A stretch of DNA of 64,000 nucleotides, taken from NCBI GenBank assembly GCA_963737155.1, contig CAVTRN010000001.1, positions 160,001-224,000 of the forward strand, read 5' to 3'. Both the position numbers and the translations under genes were made by a program. Positions within the stretch are counted from its first letter, which is position 1, and each line of letters starts with the position of its first letter. Positions 21,820-32,930 of this stretch are shown here, one piece after another. Below the pieces are notes generated by a model. The model ran no database searches, had not been told where the DNA came from, and saw nothing but the letters and a program-made list of their open reading frames with translations. This stretch comes from Nitrospirota bacterium (GTDB lineage Bacteria; Nitrospirota; UBA9217).

Positions 21820-22500
21820 CTACTTGCTTAGGTACTCCTTGAGCTTGTCTGCCGTTCGCTGCAGGGCGTCAGAATAGGACCGGGAATTGTAGTGATAGCC
21901 ACCCTTGACGAAGTCGTGATCCGTCTTCGGGTAGGTAACCAGCTCAAATGGCAGGCCGCTGCTGGTGGCCGCTGCCGCCAAAGTGCGCGCCTTAGTGACT
22001 AGGCAGCAGTCACGATAGGTGTCATCTTCACCGGCAAACATGAGCACTGGCACCTTTAACCTGCTCACGAAGCCGGGTACATCGCGAATGAAGGTGGTAG
22101 CAGGGTACCATACCACGGCACCGGCCACCAGATCTGGCCATTGCGTTCCGTAAAAAAGCGACATGCCCCCGCCCAGGGAGAAGCCGACTAAGGCGACTTT
22201 ACCGGGAAGCGCATGCGGCATTTGCTGCGCTTGTTGAATGGCTGTTTTCACGCCAGCCCCGTGGGTTCCTTCCATGGTTTTGCCGTCAAACAAGACGACG
22301 TCATAGCCGAATTTAGCGATCTCTCGGGCTACGGCGGTGTAGTGCGATGGGCCCGAAAGGCCGGAGGCCAAGACGACCACGCGTCCTTTACCTTGAGGTG
22401 GCGGAAACTCCTGTTGCGCATATGCGACCGTAGTCGCGGTGAAGCATGCGAGTATGCCAATTACAGCCGCATTCAGGGTAATCAATTTTAGTGTCTTCAT
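21820..22500 (-). CDS. Secreted dienelactone hydrolase-like alpha/beta hydrolase
   Basis: Signal peptide ending AYA; GFSLGG nucleophile elbow; GEDD and YPKTDHDF. Confidence 0.85.
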   Translation of the reverse strand: MKTLKLITLNAAVIGILACFTATTVAYAQQEFPPPQGKGRVVVLASGLSGPSHYTAVAREIAKFGYDVVLFDGKTMEGTHGAGVKTAIQQAQQMPHALPGKVALVGFSLGGGMSLFYGTQWPDLVAGAVVWYPATTFIRDVPGFVSRLKVPVLMFAGEDDTYRDCCLVTKARTLAAAATSSGLPFELVTYPKTDHDFVKGGYHYNSRSYSDALQRTADKLKEYLSK

Positions 22501-22738
22501 GTTTATTTCTCCCTCATGGTTGGAATGACTTATTATTATAAATATATCACATATATTCGTTCGCTAGTGTTGAAAGCGCAAAAAATGGCAATGCATTGAT
22601 ACTGGCATATTTTAAAATATCTGTTTATGATGCATACCATGTGCGGCATTGTATGAAAAATAAATTAGCTCTTCCTAGTCTGAGATTGCATTTGTAATAT
22701 CGTGAAAAGTTTTGGAATAGCGGTGGTGAAATTAAACT

Positions 22739-23575
22739 ATGAAAATCCGAACGTGCTCGAAGACCCGTGAAAAGCTGGCAGATATTCTTGAAGAATCGAA
22801 AAATGATGAGATAGTAATTCGTAATCGGCTGCGATGGACCTCTTGCCTAACGGCACCTCTTGCAACGCTCGCGTTCTGGGGTGGCATGTTCATGGCGGCG
22901 CGGCGGTATCCTTCGGAATATGACTGGCGATACATGCCGGTATCCATTCTGCTCTCTCCCGAGCGCAATGCCGCCGGCCATATATGGGCGTCGGGAGGCA
23001 TTGTGTTATGTAGCCTTTGCGGATTGTGCTGGGCGGCGGCATTGGCCAAGTTTTGGAATCATAAGAGTGCGGGAGACCCGCCAGGAGGAATCAGGGTTCT
23101 GCGGCTTGGATACTTCTTTATGATGTGTTCCGCGGTGCTGCCGGATTGGGTGCTCCGGATACATAAAGGGCACGAAATCCTTGCGTCGTTGGCATTTGCC
23201 GGCTTGTGCATCGGGATGATCCCTCTGATGTTCCAGACTAGTAAGCGGACCTTTCTGCAACGGATCCGCAGACCTATTGGCCGTGCGAGGTTGTATGCAG
23301 CCATCTTGGCCAGCTCTGCAGTGCTCCCGATCTTGCTGGCGGGCTTAGCCCAGGCGTATGTCCATTACGTGCTCCCGGAACTCCCTTGGGTAAGTATCTC
23401 ATGGCGTGCCCGCGGAGTGCCCGTGTATTTAAGTTTTGCCTTTTGGGAATGGATTACATGCGTCGTGCTTTCCGCATACATGACTATCCTCTCCCTGGCA
23501 ACACATGAGGTCTATCCCATACGTCAAGCCGGAGGGAACTTCGACAATGCCCAACATGATCGAATCGATAGTTGA
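22739..23575 (+). CDS. Hypothetical multi-pass membrane protein
   Basis: 278-aa ORF with about six hydrophobic segments; no family recognised. Confidence 0.55.
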   Translation: MKIRTCSKTREKLADILEESKNDEIVIRNRLRWTSCLTAPLATLAFWGGMFMAARRYPSEYDWRYMPVSILLSPERNAAGHIWASGGIVLCSLCGLCWAAALAKFWNHKSAGDPPGGIRVLRLGYFFMMCSAVLPDWVLRIHKGHEILASLAFAGLCIGMIPLMFQTSKRTFLQRIRRPIGRARLYAAILASSAVLPILLAGLAQAYVHYVLPELPWVSISWRARGVPVYLSFAFWEWITCVVLSAYMTILSLATHEVYPIRQAGGNFDNAQHDRIDS

Positions 23576-24151
23576 TGCGCGGCAAATCTTCGCGCCGTAC
23601 CTTTTCTGATGGCGGTCATTGTTTGCGAATCAGACTCCTTAGGAGGCTCAGCCAAATTCCGCAAGCATATCATAAATGGACATTTGTCAGCCTAATGCTA
23701 AAAGGTCCTTATCTGGCTGCGTCGCAACCAGCGCCTTGTATCCTCGCTCTGCAGTGACAGGAAGTTACGGCGCGGATGATAAATATGGCTTGACTTTTTT
23801 GCCGTTTGGTATTTAATTTAAATAGTTTCAAGTTTACCGGAAGATTCCTACGCGAGATAGCGATTTCCAAACGGGTTGATGGAGCCATCGGGTTCCATCA
23901 TCGCTTCAGGGGTTTTGCGGAGGTTCTCACGAGCAATGTTCGGCGCCGGAAATTTCGTAAGATCATTTGAACGGAAATGAGGCAAAAACAAAATCAATAA
24001 AAACACCACGCTGTGGCATGACTCGCGCAGTATCGCACGCGTATCGTCCTCCGGCGACAGCAGCTTCGTCCGCTCATCGCCGCTCTTCCACAGCCGGTTG
24101 TGTCCGGGTACATTACTCGGTCGCAAACCGCATTCCTGATGAGGAGAAATA

Positions 24152-25150
24152 ATGGACTACGTCAATCTCGGTAAAACCGGCCTCAAAGTTTCCCGCATAT
24201 GTCTCGGCTGCATGACTTATGGAGCGCCTGCCACAGGCGAACTTAAACCCGGCAGCCACGCCTGGGCCCTTAGCGAAGAGGAAAGCCAGCCTTTCCTACG
24301 CCAAGCCCTCGAACTTGGGATCAATTTTTTTGACACGGCCAATGTTTACTCGCGCGGCGAAAGCGAGAAAGTTCTCGGGCGATTCCTGAAAGCAAACACC
24401 CGCCGCGAAGACGTCGTCATCGCCACCAAGGTCAACGGCATCATGCGCGACGGACCCAATGGCCGCGGCCTGTCCCGGAAGTCCATCTTATTCGAACTCG
24501 ACGAGAGCCTCCGTCGTCTACAGACCGACTACGTAGACCTCTACCAAATTCATCGCTGGGATTACGAAACGCCGATCGAGGAAACTCTCGAGACGTTGAG
24601 CGACGTGGTGAAATCGGGCAAGGTCCGCTATGTCGGAGCCTCTTCCATGTACGCTTGGCAATTTACCAAGGCACTCTATCTCGCTCAACTGCACGGCTGG
24701 ACCCGTTTTGTTTCCATGCAGAATCACTACAACCTGCTTTATCGTGAAGAAGAACGCGAGATGATTCCCCTTTGCCAGTCTGAAGGCATCGCCATCATTC
24801 CCTGGAGTCCCCTCGCACGTGGCCGTCTAGCCCGCCCTTGGCAAACCGAAAGCACTAAGCGCTATGAAACCGACCAGTTCGGGAAAAGCCTGTACTCGCA
24901 GACTGAAAAAATTGACCACGCAGTCGTCGATCGCTTGGGACATATCTCAGAGCAGCGTCTCGCTTCTCGCGCTCAGGTAGCGCTTGCCTGGATGCTCAGC
25001 AAACCGGCGATTACGGCGCCAATTGTCGGAGCTACGAAGCCGCACCATCTATCGGACGCCGCCGGAGCTCTCTCGCTACGTCTGACGTCCGAAGAAATTG
25101 CCTCTCTCGAAGAGCCCTATACTCCGCATCCTGTGTCAGGCTTCAAGTAG
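24152..25150 (+). CDS. Aldo/keto reductase
   Basis: LGKTGLKVSRICLG, FFDTANVY, DYVDLYQIHRWD, SMQNHYNLLYREEE and IPWSPLARG motifs. Confidence 0.95.
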   Translation: MDYVNLGKTGLKVSRICLGCMTYGAPATGELKPGSHAWALSEEESQPFLRQALELGINFFDTANVYSRGESEKVLGRFLKANTRREDVVIATKVNGIMRDGPNGRGLSRKSILFELDESLRRLQTDYVDLYQIHRWDYETPIEETLETLSDVVKSGKVRYVGASSMYAWQFTKALYLAQLHGWTRFVSMQNHYNLLYREEEREMIPLCQSEGIAIIPWSPLARGRLARPWQTESTKRYETDQFGKSLYSQTEKIDHAVVDRLGHISEQRLASRAQVALAWMLSKPAITAPIVGATKPHHLSDAAGALSLRLTSEEIASLEEPYTPHPVSGFK

Positions 25151-25460
25151 CCTGCATTGGAAGGCTCTGCTCCAGCCGTTATGCTGTCGAAGTCCAATAA
25201 CCGTCAGCGACAAATTGATCCAGTGAACTACAGGAACTCGGTTAATCTCGCGGTGCAGGTCACCATATCACCGCTCCAAGAATATATTCATCAATAAGAT
25301 AGGTGGTTGATAAGTCATATTTATTTTAAAACTGATGAAATTAAATTGGCGATGTTGATCTAGCGGGTCTGCCAGTGCTCTCTATTTATGTTTAATGTCG
25401 CGTAACTCTCAATATTCCTAATGCTCGAGAATTAGCCCATTTTAACGAGGAGATAAGAAG

Positions 25461-25625
25461 ATGGAGTGTCATTTATTTGATGAAATTGCAAAAGTTTCTT
25501 TTGATCTCCACAAAAAGAAAGAATAGGCACACGGATACGACCTGCAAGATTGGCTTAAGGCAGGGAAAATAGTATTATCTCGGCATGAGAGGGAAGCTGA
25601 AACTGAAAAATCAAAAAAACCTTAA
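25461..25625 (+). pseudogene. DUF2934-like small protein interrupted by an in-frame TAG
   Basis: GAGGAG RBS; MECHLFDEIAKVSFDLHKKKE*AHGYDLQDWLKAGKIV; TAG at 25524-25526. Confidence 0.65.
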
Positions 25626-26292
25626 AAGACGATGACTAAGCAAGAGAAATGGAAAAGACAATTTCATGTAACAGTCGGAGGTTAGTAATCAGTTGTGAAC
25701 AATCAATGATGTGCGATAAAGTCTGCATCTGGCAAGACATCGGAACCGCATGCAGTTACTCTTAAAGTTGCTGTAGTTGCTGTTCTTTATAAAATTCAGT
25801 GTTTTTGACAGCTACTTGATAATGTAAAAATAAACGGAGCCTTCTCTGCAGTTCAGACGGCAGCTAAAAGCATTCGATATCCCCTCGCCAGTAACGAGTT
25901 CCGAAAACATCAAAACTCAATTTATTTCGAAGCCCTAACTTTTTTGGAATTAACTAAAACTGCAAGTTAGGTCGCTTCATGATATGGTATAGTCAGGATT
26001 TGTGTGTACAGGTTCTGTCAACGCCATTAAAGAATCAAATATTCTTTGACGACTGTGACTTCGAGGGCGCGTTAGGCATAGCTGCTAGGTAATGCGTCGA
26101 AAGCCTTTGGATTCTTCCATAACAGCAGACCTGGCTTTTCACTGTAAATTAAATTCAAGACTAGGGCATGGTTAAGTATGCCATTTACGGACGTCGTAAA
26201 CACTAAATTCATGCCGCAACACATGATACTTGCAGACTGTCAATATGGCCGAGGCCGATCAGTAAATGGCATAGCGTTTTAACATATGATCC

Positions 26293-27918
26293 TTACACTC
26301 TAAACCAGGCGGTATTCTCTTTGAGATCCAATGCAAGTCTGGCTAAACTGCCAGCAGAAGACTTGATTTGCTCGGTCGAAGTAGCAGTTCTACGGCTGAA
26401 ATCAGCGATATTCTCCATGCTTCGGGACACCTGGTCTGTGGCAGCAGACTGTTGTTCCGTTGCGGCAGCGATTCGCTGCACCATGTCCGTTGACTTGCCC
26501 GACACAATCACTATGGACGAAAGCGCGTCCTTCGCGGAGTTCACCAACCCTTTTCCCTTATCAACCTCCGTGGCGCCTTTCTTCACGGCCGCAACAGACT
26601 TCTTTGTATCGTCCTGGATGGTCTCGATCCGCTTCGATATGTCGCGTGTTGCCTGACCTGTTCGCTCAGCCAGCTTACGAACTTCGTCCGCAACCACGGC
26701 GAAACCTCTGCCTTGATCGCCAGCCCGGGCGGCCTCGATTGCCGCATTAAGAGCAAGGAGATTGGTCTGTTCGGCAATTGCGTTGATTACTGTGACTATT
26801 TCCCCGATTTGCACCGAGTTTTTACCAAGCATCTCAATCATTTCCGCAGATTTACTGACTGTTGCAGCAATAGTGACCATTCCCTCGGTGGCTAAGTCAA
26901 TATTTTCTTTGCCTGCGTCGGCCGTTTCCACCGAACGAGTGGCAGCATCAGCGGCATCCGCGGCATTTTTTGCCATATCCACGATAGTCTGGGACACCTC
27001 TGTCATCGCTGTAACCACCTGGTCGGTCTGCACAGAAAGATCGGATACCCCTTTACTCAGTTCTTCAGACGTGGCAGAAAGTTCTTCGGAACTTGAGGCA
27101 AGGGTGGCTGTTGAATTATTAATTGACCCTACCACGCGCTTTACGTTACGGATCATGATATTGAAGCTCTCCGCAACATCTCCGATTTCATCTTTTGAGA
27201 TCACAGGCACATCTCGTGTTAAATCGCCCTTGGCTGCCGCTTCGGTCACCTCTTTTACTGCGTTCAGCGACCGTGAAATACCGCTGATAATCCCCCAAGC
27301 CACGGCAAAACCTATTACGAGACCCCCGAGCATCAACACGGTGAAAATGATTTTTGTTAGCTTGTAGTCGGCCGCAAAAGTGTCATATTTACTCTTCGCT
27401 TGCTCGATCTGCATACTGCTAAGTTTTTTCATATCCGAAGTAACGACGGAGTACATACCGATGAAATTGGTCATGTAGAATGTCTTTGCGTCTTCAATTT
27501 TACCACTTCTGATCAGACTCTCAAGCGGGAGGATGCCTTCACTATTATACGTGTCAATGTCACGAGCCGTGGCATGAGCAATCTCTTGCTCTTCCGGCGT
27601 CATGGGGATCTCGCTATATTGTTTTAATTCCTTGGTAATAATGCTGACGTGGTCACCGTTCTTGCTCAGAATATCGTCGATGATCTCCCTTGTTGGCTTC
27701 AGCAGAAGCGTTGCGAGATTTAACCTGATCCGCAGGTTTTCCGACTCAACGGTTGAAAGGTGGCTAAGCGCAACGGTATTGTCTTCATAAACCGACCTGA
27801 GGGCATCATGGGCCTGACTCAGTTCCCGGATGCCGTACAAACCTACCAGGAGCATAAATAGTGAGAGTGTTCCTACCAGTAAATACAATCGCGACTTGAT
27901 TTTGAATCTGTTAAACAT
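26293..27918 (-). CDS. Methyl-accepting chemotaxis protein (four-helix-bundle sensor, HAMP)
   Basis: Two TM segments, HAMP, and [38 protein letters not shown]. Confidence 0.97.
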   Translation of the reverse strand: MFNRFKIKSRLYLLVGTLSLFMLLVGLYGIRELSQAHDALRSVYEDNTVALSHLSTVESENLRIRLNLATLLLKPTREIIDDILSKNGDHVSIITKELKQYSEIPMTPEEQEIAHATARDIDTYNSEGILPLESLIRSGKIEDAKTFYMTNFIGMYSVVTSDMKKLSSMQIEQAKSKYDTFAADYKLTKIIFTVLMLGGLVIGFAVAWGIISGISRSLNAVKEVTEAAAKGDLTRDVPVISKDEIGDVAESFNIMIRNVKRVVGSINNSTATLASSSEELSATSEELSKGVSDLSVQTDQVVTAMTEVSQTIVDMAKNAADAADAATRSVETADAGKENIDLATEGMVTIAATVSKSAEMIEMLGKNSVQIGEIVTVINAIAEQTNLLALNAAIEAARAGDQGRGFAVVADEVRKLAERTGQATRDISKRIETIQDDTKKSVAAVKKGATEVDKGKGLVNSAKDALSSIVIVSGKSTDMVQRIAAATEQQSAATDQVSRSMENIADFSRRTATSTEQIKSSAGSLARLALDLKENTAWFRV

Positions 27919-27970
27919 GTTTTAGTCTCCTTGCTTTTGCAGCCGTGCGAATTAAAATAACTGTATATTT

Positions 27971-27997
27971 ATATCGGTCAAAAAATTAGAAACTTTA
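27971..27997 (-). promoter_or_regulatory. Sigma28 (FliA)-type promoter for the MCP gene
   Basis: TAAAGTTT-N11-ACCGATAT versus consensus TAAAGTTT-N11-GCCGATAA, about 50 bp upstream of the MCP start. Confidence 0.75.
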
Positions 27998-28294
27998 GTT
28001 ATTTCCTTATCAGCCCAAAGTTAGCTTCAATAAACCCAAAATATGGAAAAATTCACTGCTGTTCAGTATCGCTGCCGGTGTCCCAACGTCGCATGATGAA
28101 AATTGCATGACTCAGAGAATATAATAAGCATTTTACTCAAATGCAACTTTTCGATATGAAATAATTTATGGCGGCTAGACGTGGTACCGCATCCCTGTGG
28201 AAAAACAAGCCCGTTGCGCGTCGGAAAAACCGCTTGCTCCTGATTATCAGAAGCGAAGCAGATGACCGCGGGCATGAGCCCATGGATGAATACG

Positions 28295-28335
28295 TCCCTC
28301 TTGTTTCACTCCCCCTTCAGGGGAGTTAGGAGGGA
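28295..28335. repeat. REP-like GC-rich hairpin
   Basis: TCCCTC..ACTCCCC CTTCA GGGGAGT..GAGGGA. Confidence 0.45.
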
Positions 28336-28359
28336 GTGATTTTGTGGTTTCACTTATTA

Positions 28360-28570
28360 TTCATTTCGTAGCACATTTATTTAGAAAATCAAGAAACGTC
28401 TTCAACGTTTCCTTGCCCCGAGTTGCTATATCCCGAAAATTCCGTGCCTATAAAATATGCATTTTGCCGTTTATCCAATTTTTTCAAACTGCAGATGAAT
28501 CGGGCCTCTTGATCCATGAGCTTGCATGTTACAATAACACGGATATATCCAAGGTCGTCAAATGTAAAGA
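28360..28570 (-). pseudogene. Possible PilZ-domain C-terminal remnant
   Basis: Frameshifted reading ..ARFICSLKKLDKRQNAYFIGTEF/RDIATRGKETLKTFLDFL resembles a PilZ end. Confidence 0.35.
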
Positions 28571-28588
28571 AACATTAGATGCACTGCA

Positions 28589-31153
28589 TTAAACACAGAG
28601 CTGCTTATTAATCACTTCTCGCAGTTCATCCACATTATAGGGCTTCTTGAGAACTGCCTTAAAACCCTGTTTGCGGTAGTGCGATATCATAGCATTATCG
28701 GAGTAACCGCTCGATACGACCGCTTTTACGTTGTCGTCTATTTTGAGCAGTTTCTGAATCGTCTCTGCACCTCCCATCCCGCCCCGTATCGTGAGATCCA
28801 GAATCACGATATCAAATGCGTTGTCTGCTTGTCTCGCCAATTTGTACTTCTCCACTGCCTCCTCGCCATGTACCGCAAACTCCACGGTATGGCCAAGGGC
28901 TTTTATCAATTCCCCGGCAACATCCCGGATGACCGGCTCGTCGTCCATCATAAGGATCCTTCCCGTACGCATTGTGGCTGCTACTGCCATTGGTTTATCC
29001 GTCACCTCTTTTTGAATCGATGCCGTAGCGGGAAGGTATATGAAGAAAGTCGTCCCTTTGCCCGCGTCGGATTTGGCCTCAATCATGCCATCATGATTTT
29101 TTATGATGGAATAGGATGTCGCGAGGCCTAAACCGCTTCCCCGCTCTTTGGTTGTGAAATAAGGATCAAAGATCCTGTCCAGGTATTGTTTAGGAATCCC
29201 TATACCGCTGTCTTTGATGGCAACCTCAATGTATTTATCCTTTCGCAAACCCTGTGGCAAACCCCTGACAGAAAAATCGATGTTCCTCGCCGTGATCTCC
29301 ACATGGCCGCCTTGCGGCATGGCCTGATCAGCATTCATCACAATATTTTGAATCACCTGACCGATCTGGCCCTCGTCCGCCTCCGTTAGCCAGAGACTGT
29401 CGTTCGTTGCTATGCGGTAATCGGAGCGTGACCCGCTCAGTGCAAATTTCGCTGCATTCTCAATCACCAACCTGAGGTCGAGAGGTTTCTTTAACGGCTT
29501 GCCGCCTTTAGAGAAAGTCAAAAGCTGGTTTGTCAGTCTGACCGACATGTGCAGCGCCTTTTCGGCTTGTTCAAGTGCTGATAAACTTTTTTCCCTGTCA
29601 TCCCTCACCATCTTCGCGAGGGAAATGTAGCCGAATACTCCCTGCAATAAGTTGTTGAAATCATGAGCGATACCTCCTGCTAGCACCCCCAATGATTCGA
29701 TTTTTTCAGACTTGATCACTCGGTCCTCAAGCTTCTTTTTCTCGGTTACATCCCGAAACACCACGACCGTTCCAATGATGCTGTTGTCTTTGTCAAGGAT
29801 GGGAGCGACGCTATTTGCGATGAGACGTTTCGTGCCATTCCGTGAAAGGAGAACAGCATCGCTTTCTAGGTCGCAGGCCATTTGGGTTTCAAGAATCCGT
29901 TCGACGGGGCAGATGAGCCGTTCACCCGTTTTCTCATCCGCAAAATTGAATACCTCCTTTATCGGCGCGCCGCAGGCTGCATCCTGCTTCCATCCGGTCA
30001 GTTGTTCGGCCACTTTGTTGATCAGCACGACATTCCCATGAATATCGGTGGTAATAACGCCGTCACCGATGCTTCGTAGAGTCACCGCAAGTTGTTCCCG
30101 TTCGGCGGCCATAAGCGTCTCAACCCGCTTTCGTTCCGTAATATCGCGGAAAATCCCCCGCGTGCCGGCGAACTTGCCATCCTCAAAGACCGCACTGACA
30201 TTGCCTTCAACGCTGATCTTTTCTCCGCCTTTGGTGATGAACATAGTCTCGAACCTGCCGTCTTTATGCCCGCAGACAACACTCTTGAATTCCGGGCCAC
30301 AGTCTACGCATTCAGGATGGACGACATCGAATATCGAGAGTCTGGATATTTCATCTTCACCATAGCCGAGTGTTTCCTGCCATGCCCGGTTGACGTACCG
30401 TATCGAGCTGTCCTCTCCCAAGACCTGAATGAGGTCGGTGGAATTCTCGAAAAGGTCCCGATAGCGCTCTTCACTTTTTCGGAGGTTCTCCTGAGCAAGA
30501 ATGTGTTCAGTCATATCCATGTATACGAGAACGATCCTTGATATCGCGCCTTCCTTACCACTGATCGGCGTCGCTACGACATCAAAGTGATGGCTATCCA
30601 ATACGATGTCCATTCTACAGCTCTTGCCCGTTGCTATTGCTTCCCTGGAAGGGCATTCTGCAGGCTTGTCCTTCCGGCACAACAGCTGGTTGCAGGCCAT
30701 TCCGCAGATGGCGTCCCGATCGATCCCGAACATGTCCTCGATTTTTTTATTGCAGGTGAGGATGTGCAGATCCCTGTCAAGAACGAGGATTCCCATACCT
30801 GCCGAGTCGAAGATGGCAGTAATCTCGTTGTGGGCTTCCTTCAGCTGCTCGTTAGTTTTCTTCAGGTGCTTCAATACTTGCACAAAAGACTCGCTGACAA
30901 TACCGATGGGGTCGAGCTCGATCAATGTCTCATCGTCGAGTTCCTCCGCCCGTAGCGGCGATGTGCCCATAACAGTCAGGAGCTGATTGACTTTTTGGCG
31001 TATATATAGCTTCGCCGTTGCGTACTCTCGCCGCAACTCCTGGATCTCTCGAAGGAGTATCGCGTTAGCGTTGTTTTTTTCTAACAGCGTTCGCCTTTTC
31101 TTTAATGGTTTTTTGCGGGTAATCAATTCAGTCCCTTTTACCGGAGACCACAA
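28589..31153 (-). CDS. Cytoplasmic triple-PAS hybrid sensor histidine kinase / response regulator
   Basis: Three PAS domains (first is Cys-rich); GGIAHDFNN; DSGIGI..FDPYFTTK..GSGLGL; receiver domain; start uncertain. Confidence 0.92.
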   Translation of the reverse strand: MWSPVKGTELITRKKPLKKRRTLLEKNNANAILLREIQELRREYATAKLYIRQKVNQLLTVMGTSPLRAEELDDETLIELDPIGIVSESFVQVLKHLKKTNEQLKEAHNEITAIFDSAGMGILVLDRDLHILTCNKKIEDMFGIDRDAICGMACNQLLCRKDKPAECPSREAIATGKSCRMDIVLDSHHFDVVATPISGKEGAISRIVLVYMDMTEHILAQENLRKSEERYRDLFENSTDLIQVLGEDSSIRYVNRAWQETLGYGEDEISRLSIFDVVHPECVDCGPEFKSVVCGHKDGRFETMFITKGGEKISVEGNVSAVFEDGKFAGTRGIFRDITERKRVETLMAAEREQLAVTLRSIGDGVITTDIHGNVVLINKVAEQLTGWKQDAACGAPIKEVFNFADEKTGERLICPVERILETQMACDLESDAVLLSRNGTKRLIANSVAPILDKDNSIIGTVVVFRDVTEKKKLEDRVIKSEKIESLGVLAGGIAHDFNNLLQGVFGYISLAKMVRDDREKSLSALEQAEKALHMSVRLTNQLLTFSKGGKPLKKPLDLRLVIENAAKFALSGSRSDYRIATNDSLWLTEADEGQIGQVIQNIVMNADQAMPQGGHVEITARNIDFSVRGLPQGLRKDKYIEVAIKDSGIGIPKQYLDRIFDPYFTTKERGSGLGLATSYSIIKNHDGMIEAKSDAGKGTTFFIYLPATASIQKEVTDKPMAVAATMRTGRILMMDDEPVIRDVAGELIKALGHTVEFAVHGEEAVEKYKLARQADNAFDIVILDLTIRGGMGGAETIQKLLKIDDNVKAVVSSGYSDNAMISHYRKQGFKAVLKKPYNVDELREVINKQLCV

Positions 31154-31370
31154 TATTATACTGTCGGTCCTTCTTTTCCACCGTCACAGCGTATCCCATG
31201 TTGGAAGCTGATTCAGGTATGGTTATAGTTGCATCCCGGTTGTCGATGATGAAACAGAGCTTCACGCCGCCTTGCCGCAAAATGTCGGCGTGAGCATTTA
31301 TCTCTTTGAGCGCGACTAGGAACGTTGACGGGCATATTTGCCCTCTGATGTCGAATTCAACCGTGTCCAT
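31128..31370 (-). CDS. TusA/YeeD family sulfur carrier
   Basis: FDIRGQICPST motif; 80 aa; GGAGG RBS. Confidence 0.88.
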   Translation of the reverse strand: MDTVEFDIRGQICPSTFLVALKEINAHADILRQGGVKLCFIIDNRDATITIPESASNMGYAVTVEKKDRQYNIVVSGKRD

Positions 31371-31381
31371 ATAATCCTCCT

Positions 31382-32521
31382 TTAGGTGCTTCTGACGCCT
31401 TGCTTAGCGAGGACCTTTACCAGGAGCAGGCCTCCGAGCCATGCACCCGGAAGCATGCCGAGGAGAAAGAGAATACTCGATGCTGACAATATCGGCAGCC
31501 CTCCCAGAAGGTGCCATATATTGCATGTCGGGGCCATACGGGACGCAAGCCCCATAATAGTCCCGCCGCACGCAGCAAGGACATACTGGCGAAATGGCAC
31601 CCGATGATGGATGTTCAGTTCCTTGAGCAAGGCGGCAGAGAGAGCGCTCCCGGCTATGATTCCGGCGATAAGAGGAATCTGTATCGCGGCGAGTGCATCG
31701 TAGTTGGGACCGGGGCCGCCCGTCAGAACGCTTCCGGTTAGCGCATTACAATAATTTAGCGGCATGGTTTTATAAAAAGCAAGGCTGTCAAAATGACCTG
31801 GGAACAAGGCACTTTCTATATACCCCGCGATTTTTGTGAATGCAGTAGTGACCCCCATCGGCATGCCTATCAGTATAGAGGAAACAGTGCCAATCAGAGC
31901 GAGCATCAGGGCCGCCTTGTAGGGCTGCAGATATCCGGTGGCAAAGGCTGGCCGGAGCAACTCTTTCCGTCTGTGCCAAAAGAACAGAAGGAGCGCTCCA
32001 GGCACGGCCAAGGCAAGCACCGGTATCAGTGGATCAACACCAAGAATCTGGGCGACAGTAATCTTCCCGGGAAAAACCGCAGTTTTCTTGACAAATCCAG
32101 TCCATGCTGGGTAGATTTCAGCATACAGGCCGCTGCCGCAAATGAGGCCGGCAAAAGCCGTCAAACTCAGAACACTGCCGGCCCCCATTTTATAGAGCGT
32201 TCCCACAACGCAACCTCCGGCCAGGACCATGCCGATGCCGAATAGACCGCCTCCAACCAGGTTTGCCGCAGTCGGAGGGTATAGGAGCGGGAAGGGGTAC
32301 ACCGACAGGAGACCAATGCGGCGCGCCGCTTCAAACAGCACAATGCTTGACACAACAAGGAGCATGAGCGACTTGAGCATAACCGTCCGCTTAAAAAGAA
32401 ACAGGTCCCGCCACATACCGGCTATACAGAAGTCCGATCGATGCATGACGAACCCGGCGGCAAGTCCGAGCAGGAGGGAGATTATCCCTATTAAGACAAA
32501 AGGGCGTACAAACAAAGACAT
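31382..32521 (-). CDS. YeeE/YedE family sulfur-compound (thiosulfate-type) transporter
   Basis: RSDFCIAG, GMVLAGGCVVG and APTCNIWH, i.e. the three conserved Cys; polytopic. Confidence 0.92.
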   Translation of the reverse strand: MSLFVRPFVLIGIISLLLGLAAGFVMHRSDFCIAGMWRDLFLFKRTVMLKSLMLLVVSSIVLFEAARRIGLLSVYPFPLLYPPTAANLVGGGLFGIGMVLAGGCVVGTLYKMGAGSVLSLTAFAGLICGSGLYAEIYPAWTGFVKKTAVFPGKITVAQILGVDPLIPVLALAVPGALLLFFWHRRKELLRPAFATGYLQPYKAALMLALIGTVSSILIGMPMGVTTAFTKIAGYIESALFPGHFDSLAFYKTMPLNYCNALTGSVLTGGPGPNYDALAAIQIPLIAGIIAGSALSAALLKELNIHHRVPFRQYVLAACGGTIMGLASRMAPTCNIWHLLGGLPILSASSILFLLGMLPGAWLGGLLLVKVLAKQGVRST

Positions 32522-32930
32522 AGCGATTGCCTCTCATCATTAGCGTCTCAACGTTTGCACTTCAAACTGTCTGTTAAATTTCCCAAAAATCTCAGCGAAA
32601 AAGGCCTTCCTCCCCTCCTCTGTTCTTCGGTGCTATTCTTATCGGAAAAAGACGATAATAACTTTAACTGAATGATCGCCAATCGGAATCATGATTATAA
32701 TATGAATCAGTCGAATCAGCCGCATCATTAGTCTTGCTATATAATAGAGTGTAGATATTTTGTGTGAATGAACACCCCATGACAGGAGTTTAAGCCACGG
32801 GAGACCGTATCGAACGAAGAGACTATCAAGCACGGGAATGGAATTACACTTGGCGTCCGCTTTCCGGGGGAAGGATTGACTAATCCGTCGTTCAAGAAAC
32901 GCTACACTCAAGAAGGAAGTTAGAGGAAAG

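Noticed and set aside
25524-25526. Pyrrolysine or stop-codon recoding
   Set aside because: TAG ends several intact genes in the window (e.g. the aldo/keto reductase and the IS1634 transposase) and no pyl genes are seen
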